From the NCBI GenBank assembly GCA_965208615.1, contig CBDBPB010000003.1, positions 98,188-162,187 on the forward strand: a DNA stretch of 64,000 nucleotides, given 5' to 3'. The position numbers and the translations under genes were made by a program. Under the pieces are notes generated by a model. That model searched no databases. It was not told the origin of the DNA and was given only the letters and a program-made list of their open reading frames with translations. This document shows, piece after piece, positions 54,789-64,000 of the stretch (positions within the stretch are counted from its first letter, which is position 1; every line of letters starts with the position of its first letter). Origin of the DNA: Spirochaetota bacterium. Its GTDB lineage: Bacteria; Spirochaetota; UBA6919; CBDBPB01.

Positions 54789-55445
54789 CTATCGGCTTTT
54801 GCTTACTCCAACTCTATCGCAGTAAGTGCTAATATAACACTTACTACAAATAGGTGATGTGGGACGACAAATATTTTGTCCATAACTAACTAGTAAATCA
54901 TTAAACTCTATCCAATACTCAAAAGGAAGCTTTTTTCTTAAGATCATTTCGGTATGATAAGGAGTTTTGGTTTTAACATATCCCAATCTATTGGATATCC
55001 TGTGAACGTGTATATCCACACATATACCAGGTTTATTATATCCCAGAGTAACAACTAAGTTAGCCGTTTTTCTTCCAATACCTTTTAGCGTAAGAAGTTC
55101 ATCAATATCATCGGGTACTATAGAGTTATATTTATTAGTAAGTGTAGTACATATTTCTTTTATGTTTTTAGCTTTGACTTTATAAAATCCGACGGGATAG
55201 ATTAACTTTTCAATTTTGCTTTCACTAAGCTGGGACATAAGCTTAGGCGTATTGGCAACACTAAAAAGGCTTTTGGATGCCTTAGCAGTAGTGCTGTCCT
55301 TAGTTCTAAGGCTTAAGAGCGTGGATATTAAAATATGAAATGGATTTTTATTAGCATTTGCATACTCAGTTACAATAGGCACTTTAAACTCTGATATAAT
55401 ACTGCGTAAAACAAGTATAACTTTATGTATATGATTATCAGTCAT
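54789..55445 (-). CDS. nth: Endonuclease III
   Basis: LSLRTKD, LKGIGRKTAN, VDIHVHRI, four-Cys Fe-S motif. Confidence 0.93.
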   Translation of the reverse strand: MTDNHIHKVILVLRSIISEFKVPIVTEYANANKNPFHILISTLLSLRTKDSTTAKASKSLFSVANTPKLMSQLSESKIEKLIYPVGFYKVKAKNIKEICTTLTNKYNSIVPDDIDELLTLKGIGRKTANLVVTLGYNKPGICVDIHVHRISNRLGYVKTKTPYHTEMILRKKLPFEYWIEFNDLLVSYGQNICRPTSPICSKCYISTYCDRVGVSKSR

Positions 55446-55454
55446 ATTAAGGCA

Positions 55455-55958
55455 CTATGCAGATTCTTTAGCCTCAACCAGTGATTTAAGATGGCTTAAT
55501 ATAAAATCCTTTGCGTTAGAATAATCCATATTATCTGTATATATAAGCTCATCACAAAGTAGCTGTAAGGCACTATCATAAATCTTTTTTTCACCTTTAC
55601 TAAGCTCTTTTATTTGATTTCTATGATAAAGATCTCTTACCACCTCTGATATGGATTTTAACGATCCCTCTTTAAGCTTTTCGTTATTAGTGCTATAGCG
55701 AATCTTCCAGTCTAACCTTATATTCTCTGTAGGACTGTCTAATACATTAACTACACTATCAATGCTTTTACTATTGGATACCAGCCTTAGCCTAGCTTTA
55801 CTACTATGTTCCACTGGTATCATAACAACCATTCCAATATTATCCAGCCTTATAAAGTAATATAGCTTTTTATTACCTAATATCTTACGTTCCTCTATTT
55901 TTTCAACTTTACCTACACCATGAGTAGGATAAACAACAGCTTGCCCAACTTGAAACAT
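55455..55958 (-). CDS. carD: CarD-family transcriptional regulator
   Basis: FQVGQAVVYPTHGVG, W..RY, EVVRDL, LS.GEK. Confidence 0.92.
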   Translation of the reverse strand: MFQVGQAVVYPTHGVGKVEKIEERKILGNKKLYYFIRLDNIGMVVMIPVEHSSKARLRLVSNSKSIDSVVNVLDSPTENIRLDWKIRYSTNNEKLKEGSLKSISEVVRDLYHRNQIKELSKGEKKIYDSALQLLCDELIYTDNMDYSNAKDFILSHLKSLVEAKESA

Positions 55959-56175
55959 AATATTATCCTTACAGTTTGTTAATTTACTTATTATGTTTTT
56001 ACATATCGGCAGTCATAGTGTTTTGTGAAGCAAAAAAACTAAAAGATAAAAAATAGATTGGCAGTTCAATCTTATGATATATAAATCAGACTTATAACAA
56101 TGCACTATTATAGTTAGCAGTTCAATCTTTATGATTTATAGTTTTTAGGGTAATAAGTATAAACAGCTTTTAATT

Positions 56176-57555
56176 TTACTTGACATTAGAGGTTATAAAC
56201 TTCTCGTGTAACGCCCTTACAGCTTTATCTGCATAATGATTTTTAACTACGCAAGATATATTTATCTCAGAAGCACCCTGGGATATCATATCAATATTAA
56301 TCTTATTATCAGCAAGACAACTAAACATTCTTCCAGCTAATCCAATGGTAGACCGCATTCCTTGACCAACCATACTCAAAATAGCGTTATCATGAGAAAA
56401 TGTAACCTCCCCTAACCGGGATAAGTCTTCAATTAGCTCATTCATCCTATCAGACTTCTCAATAGTAAGTGATATGTTAACCTCAGACGTAGATATAAGA
56501 TCAATTATTATACCATGTTTTTCAAAAATATTGAATACTTTAGCCATAAAGCCATACGCCATTAACATCCTGTTTGAACATATATTTAATATAGTAATGT
56601 TTTTTTTAGCAGTAATAGCCTTTACCAGCCTATTATCCCTATTATCATCGGTTATTAGAGTACCATTAAGCTCTGGCTTAAAGGTATTTTTAATCCTAAT
56701 AGGTACATCGACTTTAGCGACTTTCTCCATAGTAAAAGGATGTATTACCTCTGAGCCAAAATATGTTAGTTCAGCCGCCTCTTTTGGAGTAATACTAGTT
56801 AAAACTCTGGCTTCGCTGATCAGATTTGGATCAGTGGTAAATATACCATCAACCTCTTTCCATATTTGAAGCTCCACAGCCTTTAAATTAGCCGCCAAAA
56901 TTGAAGCTGTATAGTCGGTATAGCCTCTTCCTATACTGTTTATAATGCCATTTGGTATCTCACCCATAAATCCAGTAACCACAGCTAAGTTTTTTGCCTT
57001 AATTATTGGTTTTACCCTATCAGCCAAATTATTCTCCAAGAGTTTATAAAAAGTAGGCGTAGGAACTGAATAATCCTTAGGGGCTATGCTAGACAAATCA
57101 ACAAAAACAGCATTAATCTCCATAGACCTAAGTATACCACATAAAATATAGGCTGATAGCTTTTCTCCAACACGTATAACGCGGTCGGACGATCTTGGGG
57201 ATAATTCTTTTATAATAGTTAGTGCATCCAAAAACTGGGTTAGCTTATCCAAAAGACCAAGTACAAAACTACGAACCTCATCCTTTATCAGGCTATTACT
57301 AACACTATCATCGATTATGGATAAGTGATGATCTCTAATAGAATTGATTATATGACTATAATCCTTATTGTTAATTGATAGGTTAGCGGCCTCTAAAAGC
57401 TTACTAGTAGTGCCTTCTGACTTTACATAACTACTTATGGCCGATACAACCGCTATAATGGAGTGTTCTTTGTTATAATTTCTAATTATATTGGCAACAT
57501 TAATCAGCCTATTCGCAGTGCCTAAAGATGTCCCACCGTACTTTTGAACAATCAT
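56176..57555 (-). CDS. lysC: Monofunctional aspartate kinase with two ACT domains
   Basis: QKYGGTS, GRGYTD, WKEVDGIFTTDP, GSEVIHP, SQGASEINIS. Confidence 0.93.
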   Translation of the reverse strand: MIVQKYGGTSLGTANRLINVANIIRNYNKEHSIIAVVSAISSYVKSEGTTSKLLEAANLSINNKDYSHIINSIRDHHLSIIDDSVSNSLIKDEVRSFVLGLLDKLTQFLDALTIIKELSPRSSDRVIRVGEKLSAYILCGILRSMEINAVFVDLSSIAPKDYSVPTPTFYKLLENNLADRVKPIIKAKNLAVVTGFMGEIPNGIINSIGRGYTDYTASILAANLKAVELQIWKEVDGIFTTDPNLISEARVLTSITPKEAAELTYFGSEVIHPFTMEKVAKVDVPIRIKNTFKPELNGTLITDDNRDNRLVKAITAKKNITILNICSNRMLMAYGFMAKVFNIFEKHGIIIDLISTSEVNISLTIEKSDRMNELIEDLSRLGEVTFSHDNAILSMVGQGMRSTIGLAGRMFSCLADNKINIDMISQGASEINISCVVKNHYADKAVRALHEKFITSNVK

Positions 57556-57563
57556 ATACTAAC

Positions 57564-58040
57564 CTAATAGGGCATTACACCTTTATCCAGCATCTTTAAG
57601 GCCTTTTTTGCAGACAACCTAAGGGATAGATTACTACTTTTTAAAAACCTCTGTATAACAAATCTAGCCCGCTCATCCCCTATCTGACCAAGGGCAAGGA
57701 TACCCTCTTTTAATACATAATAAGTTTTTTCTCTTTTTACCAAGCGTATTAATGGATTAACACTTTTATAGTATTTTAACTTTGCCAATGCAATACAAGA
57801 AAGACGCCTTATTATTGGCCTCTGATCATTAAGAGCATATAATAAAGGTTTTACAGCTTTTCTACTGTTAATTTGAGAGAGCCTTCTAACGGCAGAATAT
57901 CTTATTGCCCCATTAGAACTCTTTAAGCGCTTTGATAACAATTCAACTTCTTGTTCTATTAGTCTTTTGTTGTATCCGCCAACGTCAGAAGAGTATGTTA
58001 TAAAAAGAGTAACACTAAATAAAAGTATTATATAATTCAC
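57564..58040 (-). CDS. HEAT-repeat protein
   Basis: RYSAVRRL...AVKPLLYALND, ALGQIGDERA. Confidence 0.8.
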   Translation of the reverse strand: MNYIILLFSVTLFITYSSDVGGYNKRLIEQEVELLSKRLKSSNGAIRYSAVRRLSQINSRKAVKPLLYALNDQRPIIRRLSCIALAKLKYYKSVNPLIRLVKREKTYYVLKEGILALGQIGDERARFVIQRFLKSSNLSLRLSAKKALKMLDKGVMPY

Positions 58041-58098
58041 TTTTACACCTAAAATTTATGATTAACATAATTAATATTTTAATGTAATCGACATTAGT

Positions 58099-58791
58099 CT
58101 AAAAATTATTAGGCTTTATTCTTTCACCAAATATAGATGTCCCAAGCCTTATATGGCTAGCTCCCTCTTCAATAGCGATTTCATAGTCATTAGTCATACC
58201 CATAGACAAATATTTAATCGAGTCAATATGGCTATTTGCCTTATCCCTCAAAGAACGTAAGAGCCTAAAAGACTGCCTTATACGATTATAATCCTCAGTA
58301 AAAGCCGATATAGTCATAAGGCCAATAATCTTAATTGAAGGCAAATCTCTAATTTCTTTAATAAACTCCTCCAGCTGAGGGGGATAAATACCAAGTTTTT
58401 GCTTTTCTTCTGTGGTGTTGACTTGTATGAATATAGGCATTATTTTATTAATAGCCTTAGCTCTTTTATTAACTTCCAAGGCAGTGGATAGCTTATCTAT
58501 AGAGTGGATAACATCAAACAGCTCGACCGCTTTTTTTACTTTATTTTTTTGTAGACAACCTATAAAGTGCCATTTTACATTGCCATTGTTAATTTGAGGT
58601 ATTTTACTTATGGCCTCTTGTACTTTATTCTCCCCGAAGATTAATTGATCTGCATTAATAGCCTTTATGACATCAGTTATGGGTTTGTTTTTTGATATAG
58701 CGATTAAGTTTATGTCATAGTTTATGTTAAGTTTTTCTTTTAACCTTGATATGTTTTGATTTATTAACTCTAATTTGTTTTTAATTGACAT
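58099..58791 (-). CDS. yggS: PLP homeostasis protein (YggS family)
   Basis: AISK, FGENKVQE, WHFIGCLQKNK, LSMGMTND, RLGTSIFG. TTG 58803 is an alternative start. Confidence 0.95.
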   Translation of the reverse strand: MSIKNKLELINQNISRLKEKLNINYDINLIAISKNKPITDVIKAINADQLIFGENKVQEAISKIPQINNGNVKWHFIGCLQKNKVKKAVELFDVIHSIDKLSTALEVNKRAKAINKIMPIFIQVNTTEEKQKLGIYPPQLEEFIKEIRDLPSIKIIGLMTISAFTEDYNRIRQSFRLLRSLRDKANSHIDSIKYLSMGMTNDYEIAIEEGASHIRLGTSIFGERIKPNNF

Positions 58792-58887
58792 ATTATATAC
58801 CAAAGTACTTAGTTTTATGCAAGATATTTTATGTATATCGCATCATAAAGAAACTAATAACATTAAATAGTGTTTAATAATAAAAGT

Positions 58888-59127
58888 CTATTTACCATGT
58901 TTCCTAATACGCTTTGGTATCCTTACAACTAAATATATAAAAGCACCAATAACACCAGCCAAAACTATTACTAATATCCATACCACTTTATCATTACCCT
59001 CAGACGGTTCCTTAGTAACACAGTCTACTAGCATCCAAATCCAAAAAGCTAAACCTATTAAAGATAACAAACATATAAATGCTGTAGATCCACCGCCAAG
59101 CATAGAGTCATAAATAAGATCATCCAT
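58888..59127 (-). CDS. PLDc N-terminal-like small membrane protein
   Basis: FWIWMLVDC...KVVWILVIV...IGAFIY. Confidence 0.8.
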   Translation of the reverse strand: MDDLIYDSMLGGGSTAFICLLSLIGLAFWIWMLVDCVTKEPSEGNDKVVWILVIVLAGVIGAFIYLVVRIPKRIRKHGK

Positions 59128-59175
59128 ACTAAACTCCTAATAATTATTATCATAATAAAATTAGGTAATTATCCC

Positions 59176-59204
59176 TTGACATTAGGTAGGTAAAATAATA
59201 TACT
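59176..59204 (+). promoter_or_regulatory. Sigma70-type transposase promoter with -35 inside the left TIR
   Basis: TTGACA-17 nt-TATACT, then RBS AAGGAG at 59221 and ATG at 59236. Confidence 0.75.
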
Positions 59205-59235
59205 TTACTTAATGATACTCAAGGAGATAAAACCA

Positions 59236-60141
59236 ATGAAAAAATTAAAATTCACTAAAAAAGATTTTGATAAATTCTTTCCTAATGATGATATTTGCCT
59301 ACAAAAAATATTTGAATTAAAATATAAAAATACTACAACTTGCCCTAAATGTAATAAGTTTTTTAAATATCATAAACTTAATAATCTTAAGCTATATTCT
59401 TGTCAATTTTGCGGTCATAATATTGCACCTACAGCAAATACAATCTTTCATAAATCATCTACAAGTTTAAAAGACTGGTTTTATGCTATTTATTTATTTT
59501 CAGTATCTAAAAACGGAGTATCTGGCAAAGAGCTTGAAAGGCATTTAGGAATTACTTATAAAACAGCTTGGAGAATGGCTAATAGAATTAGAAGCCTTTT
59601 TAAAGATGATAGCTTAAGTCCTCTTGAAAATATCGTAGAAGTTGACAAAACATATTTTGGAGGCAAAGAAAGCAATAAACATCAAAATAAAAAGACTAAA
59701 AATACTCAAGGTCGTAGCACAAAAACTAAAACTCCTATTCTTGGTGCGGTTCAAAGAAAAGGAAACCTTAAAGCTCAAGCCGTTTCAGATACTCGTATTA
59801 ATACTATTTAATATTTTTTAAAGAACAATGTTAAAGTGAATGCGATTATTAATACTGATGAATATCAAGTTTATAAAAGCATTAAAAATCAAGGTTATAC
59901 TCACAATATCGTAAATCATTCACAAAAAGAATATGTCAAAAATGATAGCCACACAAACACTATTGAGGGTTTTTGGTCTCAATTAAAATGTTCTATTAAT
60001 GGAACTTATCATCATATCTCAAACAAGTATTTACAAAATTATATCAATGAATTTGCTTTTAGATATAATTTAAGAAATAGCGAAAATCCTATTTTCTTTT
60101 CTGTTTTTCCAAAGGTTGCACAGCTTTTTCCAACAAATTAA
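59236..60141 (+). pseudogene. IS1595-family DDE transposase with an in-frame stop
   Basis: Zn ribbon CPKC/CQFC, TIFHKS, YKTAWRM, VEVDKTY, TDEY, HTNTIEGFWSQLK, YINEFAFRYN. TAA at 59809-59811 is in frame with the downstream half. Confidence 0.92.
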
Positions 60142-62374
60142 AAAACTCGTTAGGTAGTTGTTCTTTTTCTTCTTTAGTCCATATAGAATTTATATCATTA
60201 TTTAAAGATTGCTCTATATTCTTTATTTCTTTTTGCTTTCTTATTAATATTTCTTGTTTTTTCCTAATTTGCTTTTGTTCTTCCATAGGAATTAAAGGGA
60301 TTTCTAAATTAAAAAAAATGTTTTTATCTAAATGTGGTATAGCAGAACCGTACTTATTAGAATTAAGATATTGAAAATTATTTTTTAAAAAAACAAATAA
60401 ATACATAGTATCGATAATTTCCTGTTTTTTATTTATTAAAAGATAAAAAGTTGAGCCTAAAACCCCTTTTTGACTTAAAAAAACTAATCCAGATCTTTGT
60501 CCATCAGCAACAACTACAATTTCGTTTTCATCTACTATAGTTAGGCTTGCATCTTCTTGAGAGTACTTAATTGTTTTATTTTCAAAAAAATCAATATTTA
60601 AATAAGGTAATGTTTTTTGTTTTTTAGGAAGAAACAATTTAGGATTTTTCCCTTTTTTTAAATCTATAATTTCTCTTAATTTAATTGTTTCCACACCACT
60701 AATTTTATTTTCTAAATATTGATTAAGCCTTAAATCATAAAAGTTATTCTTTACTTTTTGTAAATTAATAAATTGAAAGCCAATATCTAATATATTTTCA
60801 TCTTTGTTTTTTTTATTAAAATCAACATAATCAATCTTTTTAATATCATTATCTTTTATAGGTTTTCTTTTATTATTTAAACTAAAACCATCATTATTAA
60901 CATTGAAAGAATATATTTTATCTTTTGTTTTTTCTTTATGACAACTTGTAAAATAAAGAATGTTTGTTTTAACTCCTGTATATGGGGCAAAACATCCTTG
61001 AGGAAGTGAAATGACTGTTTTTAAAACTGCATTATCCATTAAAAATTGTCTAATATTTTTAAGTTCTTTTTTAAAAAGTACACCTTCCGGCACCACAATT
61101 GCCATTCTGCCGCCTTTTTTAACCGCCTTAAAACAATGCAATAAACAAACAGCATCACCGCTATTTTTAGCTATTCCATTGCAATATAAATGACTTGCTT
61201 TTGTTTTTTGTGAAAAAGGCATATTTGTAATAACTACATCATATTTGTTATCAACTGGATTTTCTAAGCTGTCTAATTGGTTAACCCCACTATGCCCATC
61301 TCCATGTAAAATCATATTCATTTTAGCAAGCCTTGAATTTGTAGTGATTTCACTTCCAAAAATAGTTTTTTCTTTTAGTATTTCTTTTTCTTTATCTGTT
61401 GTAATTATCGTATTATCTTTGATATGATTAAATGCTTGAGTTAAAAAGCCACCAGTCCCACAAAAAGGATCATAAACAGTTTCTTTGAATTTTGGGTTAA
61501 CTAAATTGACAATCGTTTTAGTTATATGTCTTGGAGTGAAATACTCACCTAAATCATTGCTTGTTGTAAAAAATATTCAAAGGCATCTCCTTTTATATCT
61601 GTATCAATAGTAGATAAAGTTAATTTGTCTAATTTAGTTATAATTTCTCTTAATGTATCAGGCTTTTTTATTTGTAGTTTTGTAAAAACAGATGCACCGT
61701 AGTTTTGTTCTATATGTTTTAAAGTTTGATTAACTGTATTTATTAGAATTTCATTATCAACTCTTTTTATGCTATCCCAAACATTATCAGCTTTATTTTC
61801 TGTATATAGCTTTAAGAATAAGATGTTTGCAAACTCAGAAAGCCTTTCAATCCCTGCTCTTAGTCCTTCACCTCTTAAAGTATTATTTAGACTTTTAAAA
61901 ATGCTTATAAGCTCTTGGCGTGAAACTATAACGTTTTTAGGAATTGTATAAATTGAGTTTGTTTTTTCTTTTAAAAACTTTAAGGCTTCTTTTTGCCTTA
62001 TAAGCTCATTTACTTCATTTTCATTAATATATAAAGGCTTATTTGTATAAAGGTGTTTAGTTTGACAATAGCTATTATTCATTGCAAAAATTAAAGGGGT
62101 AATCTAATATTTTTGCATAATCTATTGCTTGGTTTAAAGCTTTGTCAAGGTCTTTGCCTCCTGCTTTTGCCTCTATCACTGCAATAGGTTTTTTGTTATT
62201 ATCTATTAAAACATAATCAGGACGCTTTTTAAGTTTTTTTAGTTTAGGATTATCAATAATTCTTAATATATCACTCTCAAAAAAAACATTCTTTTGAGGA
62301 TTATTTATATCTAAAATCCAATTTTTATTTACTAAATTATTATCTATAATAAAACGAGTATCTTGTTCTACCAT
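60089..62374 (-). pseudogene. Fused restriction endonuclease-N6 methyltransferase-specificity protein (type IIG/type I-like) with two frameshifts
   Basis: RPDYVL...IEAK nuclease; DIKGDAFEYFL / NDLGEYFTPRH, YDPFCGTGGFL, NMPF MTase; TRD (GSAIPHL...LEIPL). Frame breaks near 62093-62099 and about 61560. Confidence 0.88.
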
Positions 62375-62621
62375 ATTTTTAACTTCCTTATGTCAAGGGA
62401 TAATTTCCTAAAATTATATATAATTTAACCAATAAACTTAAAAAGGGTTAGTTTTTTTTCTAACTTTTATCAATTGTTAACAGTTTTATAAAAGTGTTTT
62501 AGGGGGCTATTTTATAGTTGTCATGGGTTTTATAAGGGTTATACTAAGCTAAGCAAAACCTTATATTATCAAGGTATTTAAAATTCAGTTGTCTTTACCT
62601 TATATGTTTTATCATAAGATA

Positions 62622-63221
62622 TTAGGTTATTTAGAGTGATATTATTTAATAATTTAGTTATCATTTTATGATAAAGTTATGATGAGGTATACAAGGTAAA
62701 AAGTAAGACATATAGGTTCAGAGTTTGAGTCAGACGAGTAAGTATATTTATTTTTGTTAAGGTTAGGGAGAGTATAGCTTTTCTTTTTTATGATAATTTA
62801 GGTTATTTAAAGTGATATTATTTAGTAATTTAGTTATCATTTTATGATAAAGGATAGAGCGTAAAGGGTAAGACATATAGGTTCAGAGTTTGAGTCAGAC
62901 GAGTAAGTATATTTATTTTTGTTAAGGTTAGGGAGAGTATAGCTTTTCTTTTTTATGATAATTTAGGTTATTTAAAGTGATATTATTTAGTAATTTAGTT
63001 ATCATTTTATGATAAAGGATAGAGCGTAAAGGGTAAGACATATAGGTTCAGAGTTTGAGTCAGACGAGTAAGTATATTTATTTTTGTTAAGGTTAGGGAG
63101 AGTATAGCTTTTTCTTTTTTATGATAATTTAGGTTATTTAAAGTGATATTATTTAGTAATTTAGTTATCATTTTATGAAAGAGTTATGATGAGGTATACA
63201 AGGTAAAAAGTAAGACATATA
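62622..63221. repeat. Non-coding tandem array, unit 165-177 bp, about 3.6 copies
   Basis: GTAAGACATAT recurs at 62703, 62868, 63033 and 63210; the intervening sequence is nearly identical. Confidence 0.93.
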
Positions 63222-63664
63222 ATGTAAAGGCGGATGTTTTTTAGATTTCTTTGTGGAACAGGAAAGTTAAAATATTTATGAAAAAGTTATTTTCCTGTGT
63301 CAGCCTATTTATCCCTTTATGCTCTTTAAGTACTGCTTAAATGCCTCAGCAATGAACACAAAATATCACTTTTTATGCAAGTAGTCATCACTACGAGAGC
63401 TATTAAGAATCCCTTACTGAGACTAAGAATTATAGACCTTTATTAAGTGACAAGTAATTTGCTGTTCTATAAAAGGATAGGGCGGATTATTAGAATATTC
63501 TATATTGACATTATATGTTTTCTATGTGAATTGAAAATAATAAAACAGTTTGTATCTATAAAAATCGATAAACTTAAAACGCTTTTACAATAACCTACTA
63601 GAATATTTGATAACAATAAATAAATTACTATATTATATATAAACTTATTATAACGAGGTTATCT

Positions 63665-64000
63665 ATGAAAAAAGTATTAGTGCTTATGGCTCCAGGATAC
63701 GAAGAAATAGAAACCATTACAGTAATCAATATATTAAGACGAGGCAATATAAGCGTAACTACTGCTGGTACCACAGAAGGATATATTGAAGGGAGATGCA
63801 ATATCAAAATACTAGCGGATATCACAGTAGATAAAGTAAAAACTGATGAATATAATATGCTGGTTCTGCCTGGTGGACTCGAGGGTACAAATAATCTTAA
63901 ATCTGATCCCAGAGTAAGAAAAATTATTGAAAATATGCACTCCCAAAATAACTATACCGCAGCAATTTGTGCCGCTCCTACTATATTATCTGCCATTGGT
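63665..64000 (+). CDS. DJ-1/PfpI family protein (YajL/ThiJ-like); 3' end outside the window
   Basis: Hand translation MKKVLVLMAPGYEEIE...LRRG...LVLPGG...AAICAAP; GAGG RBS. Confidence 0.92.
   Translation, partial: MKKVLVLMAPGYEEIETITVINILRRGNISVTTAGTTEGYIEGRCNIKILADITVDKVKTDEYNMLVLPGGLEGTNNLKSDPRVRKIIENMHSQNNYTAAICAAPTILSAIG

Larger units (their letters stand above)
59164..62408. mobile_element. IS1595-family element carrying a passenger R-M gene (3245 bp)
   Basis: Left TIR GGTAATTATCCCTTGACATTAGGTAGGT (59164-59191) versus right TIR reverse complement GGAAATTATCCCTTGACATAAGGAAGTT (62381-62408), 24/28 identical. TSD TAAAATTA at 59156-59163 and 62409-62416. Confidence 0.93.

Noticed and set aside
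62763-62876. 37-aa minus-strand ORF repeated in the array (MSYPLRSILYHK...)
   Set aside because: No RBS, no recognisable motif, and the frame is altered by a T-run indel in another copy.
62622-63221. CRISPR array
   Set aside because: The unit is far too long, the variable parts recur rather than being unique spacers, and there are no cas genes in the window.

Overview
AT-rich bacterial chromosomal window. The gene mix (MCP type, CarD, GerMN, outer-membrane barrels) looks spirochaete-like, but that is an inference. It carries a cbb3 oxidase operon (ccoNOQP plus a duplicated cytochrome c) divergent from an MCP-hemerythrin, a cbb3 assembly cluster running into hypD-hypX, and many housekeeping genes. 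It also has a perfect parS site, a Haliangium-type BMC-T/BMC-H shell pair and two tandem secreted caspase-FN3 proteins. Three items stand out: (i) a class III nucleotide cyclase fused to six 32-aa PPR-like repeats; (ii) a fully delimited 3245-bp IS1595-family element (28-bp TIRs, 8-bp TSD TAAAATTA) carrying a decayed fused restriction-modification gene; (iii) an adjacent non-coding tandem array of 165-177 bp units. No rRNA, tRNA or CRISPR array was recognised. All family calls come from motif recognition by eye, not from database searches.
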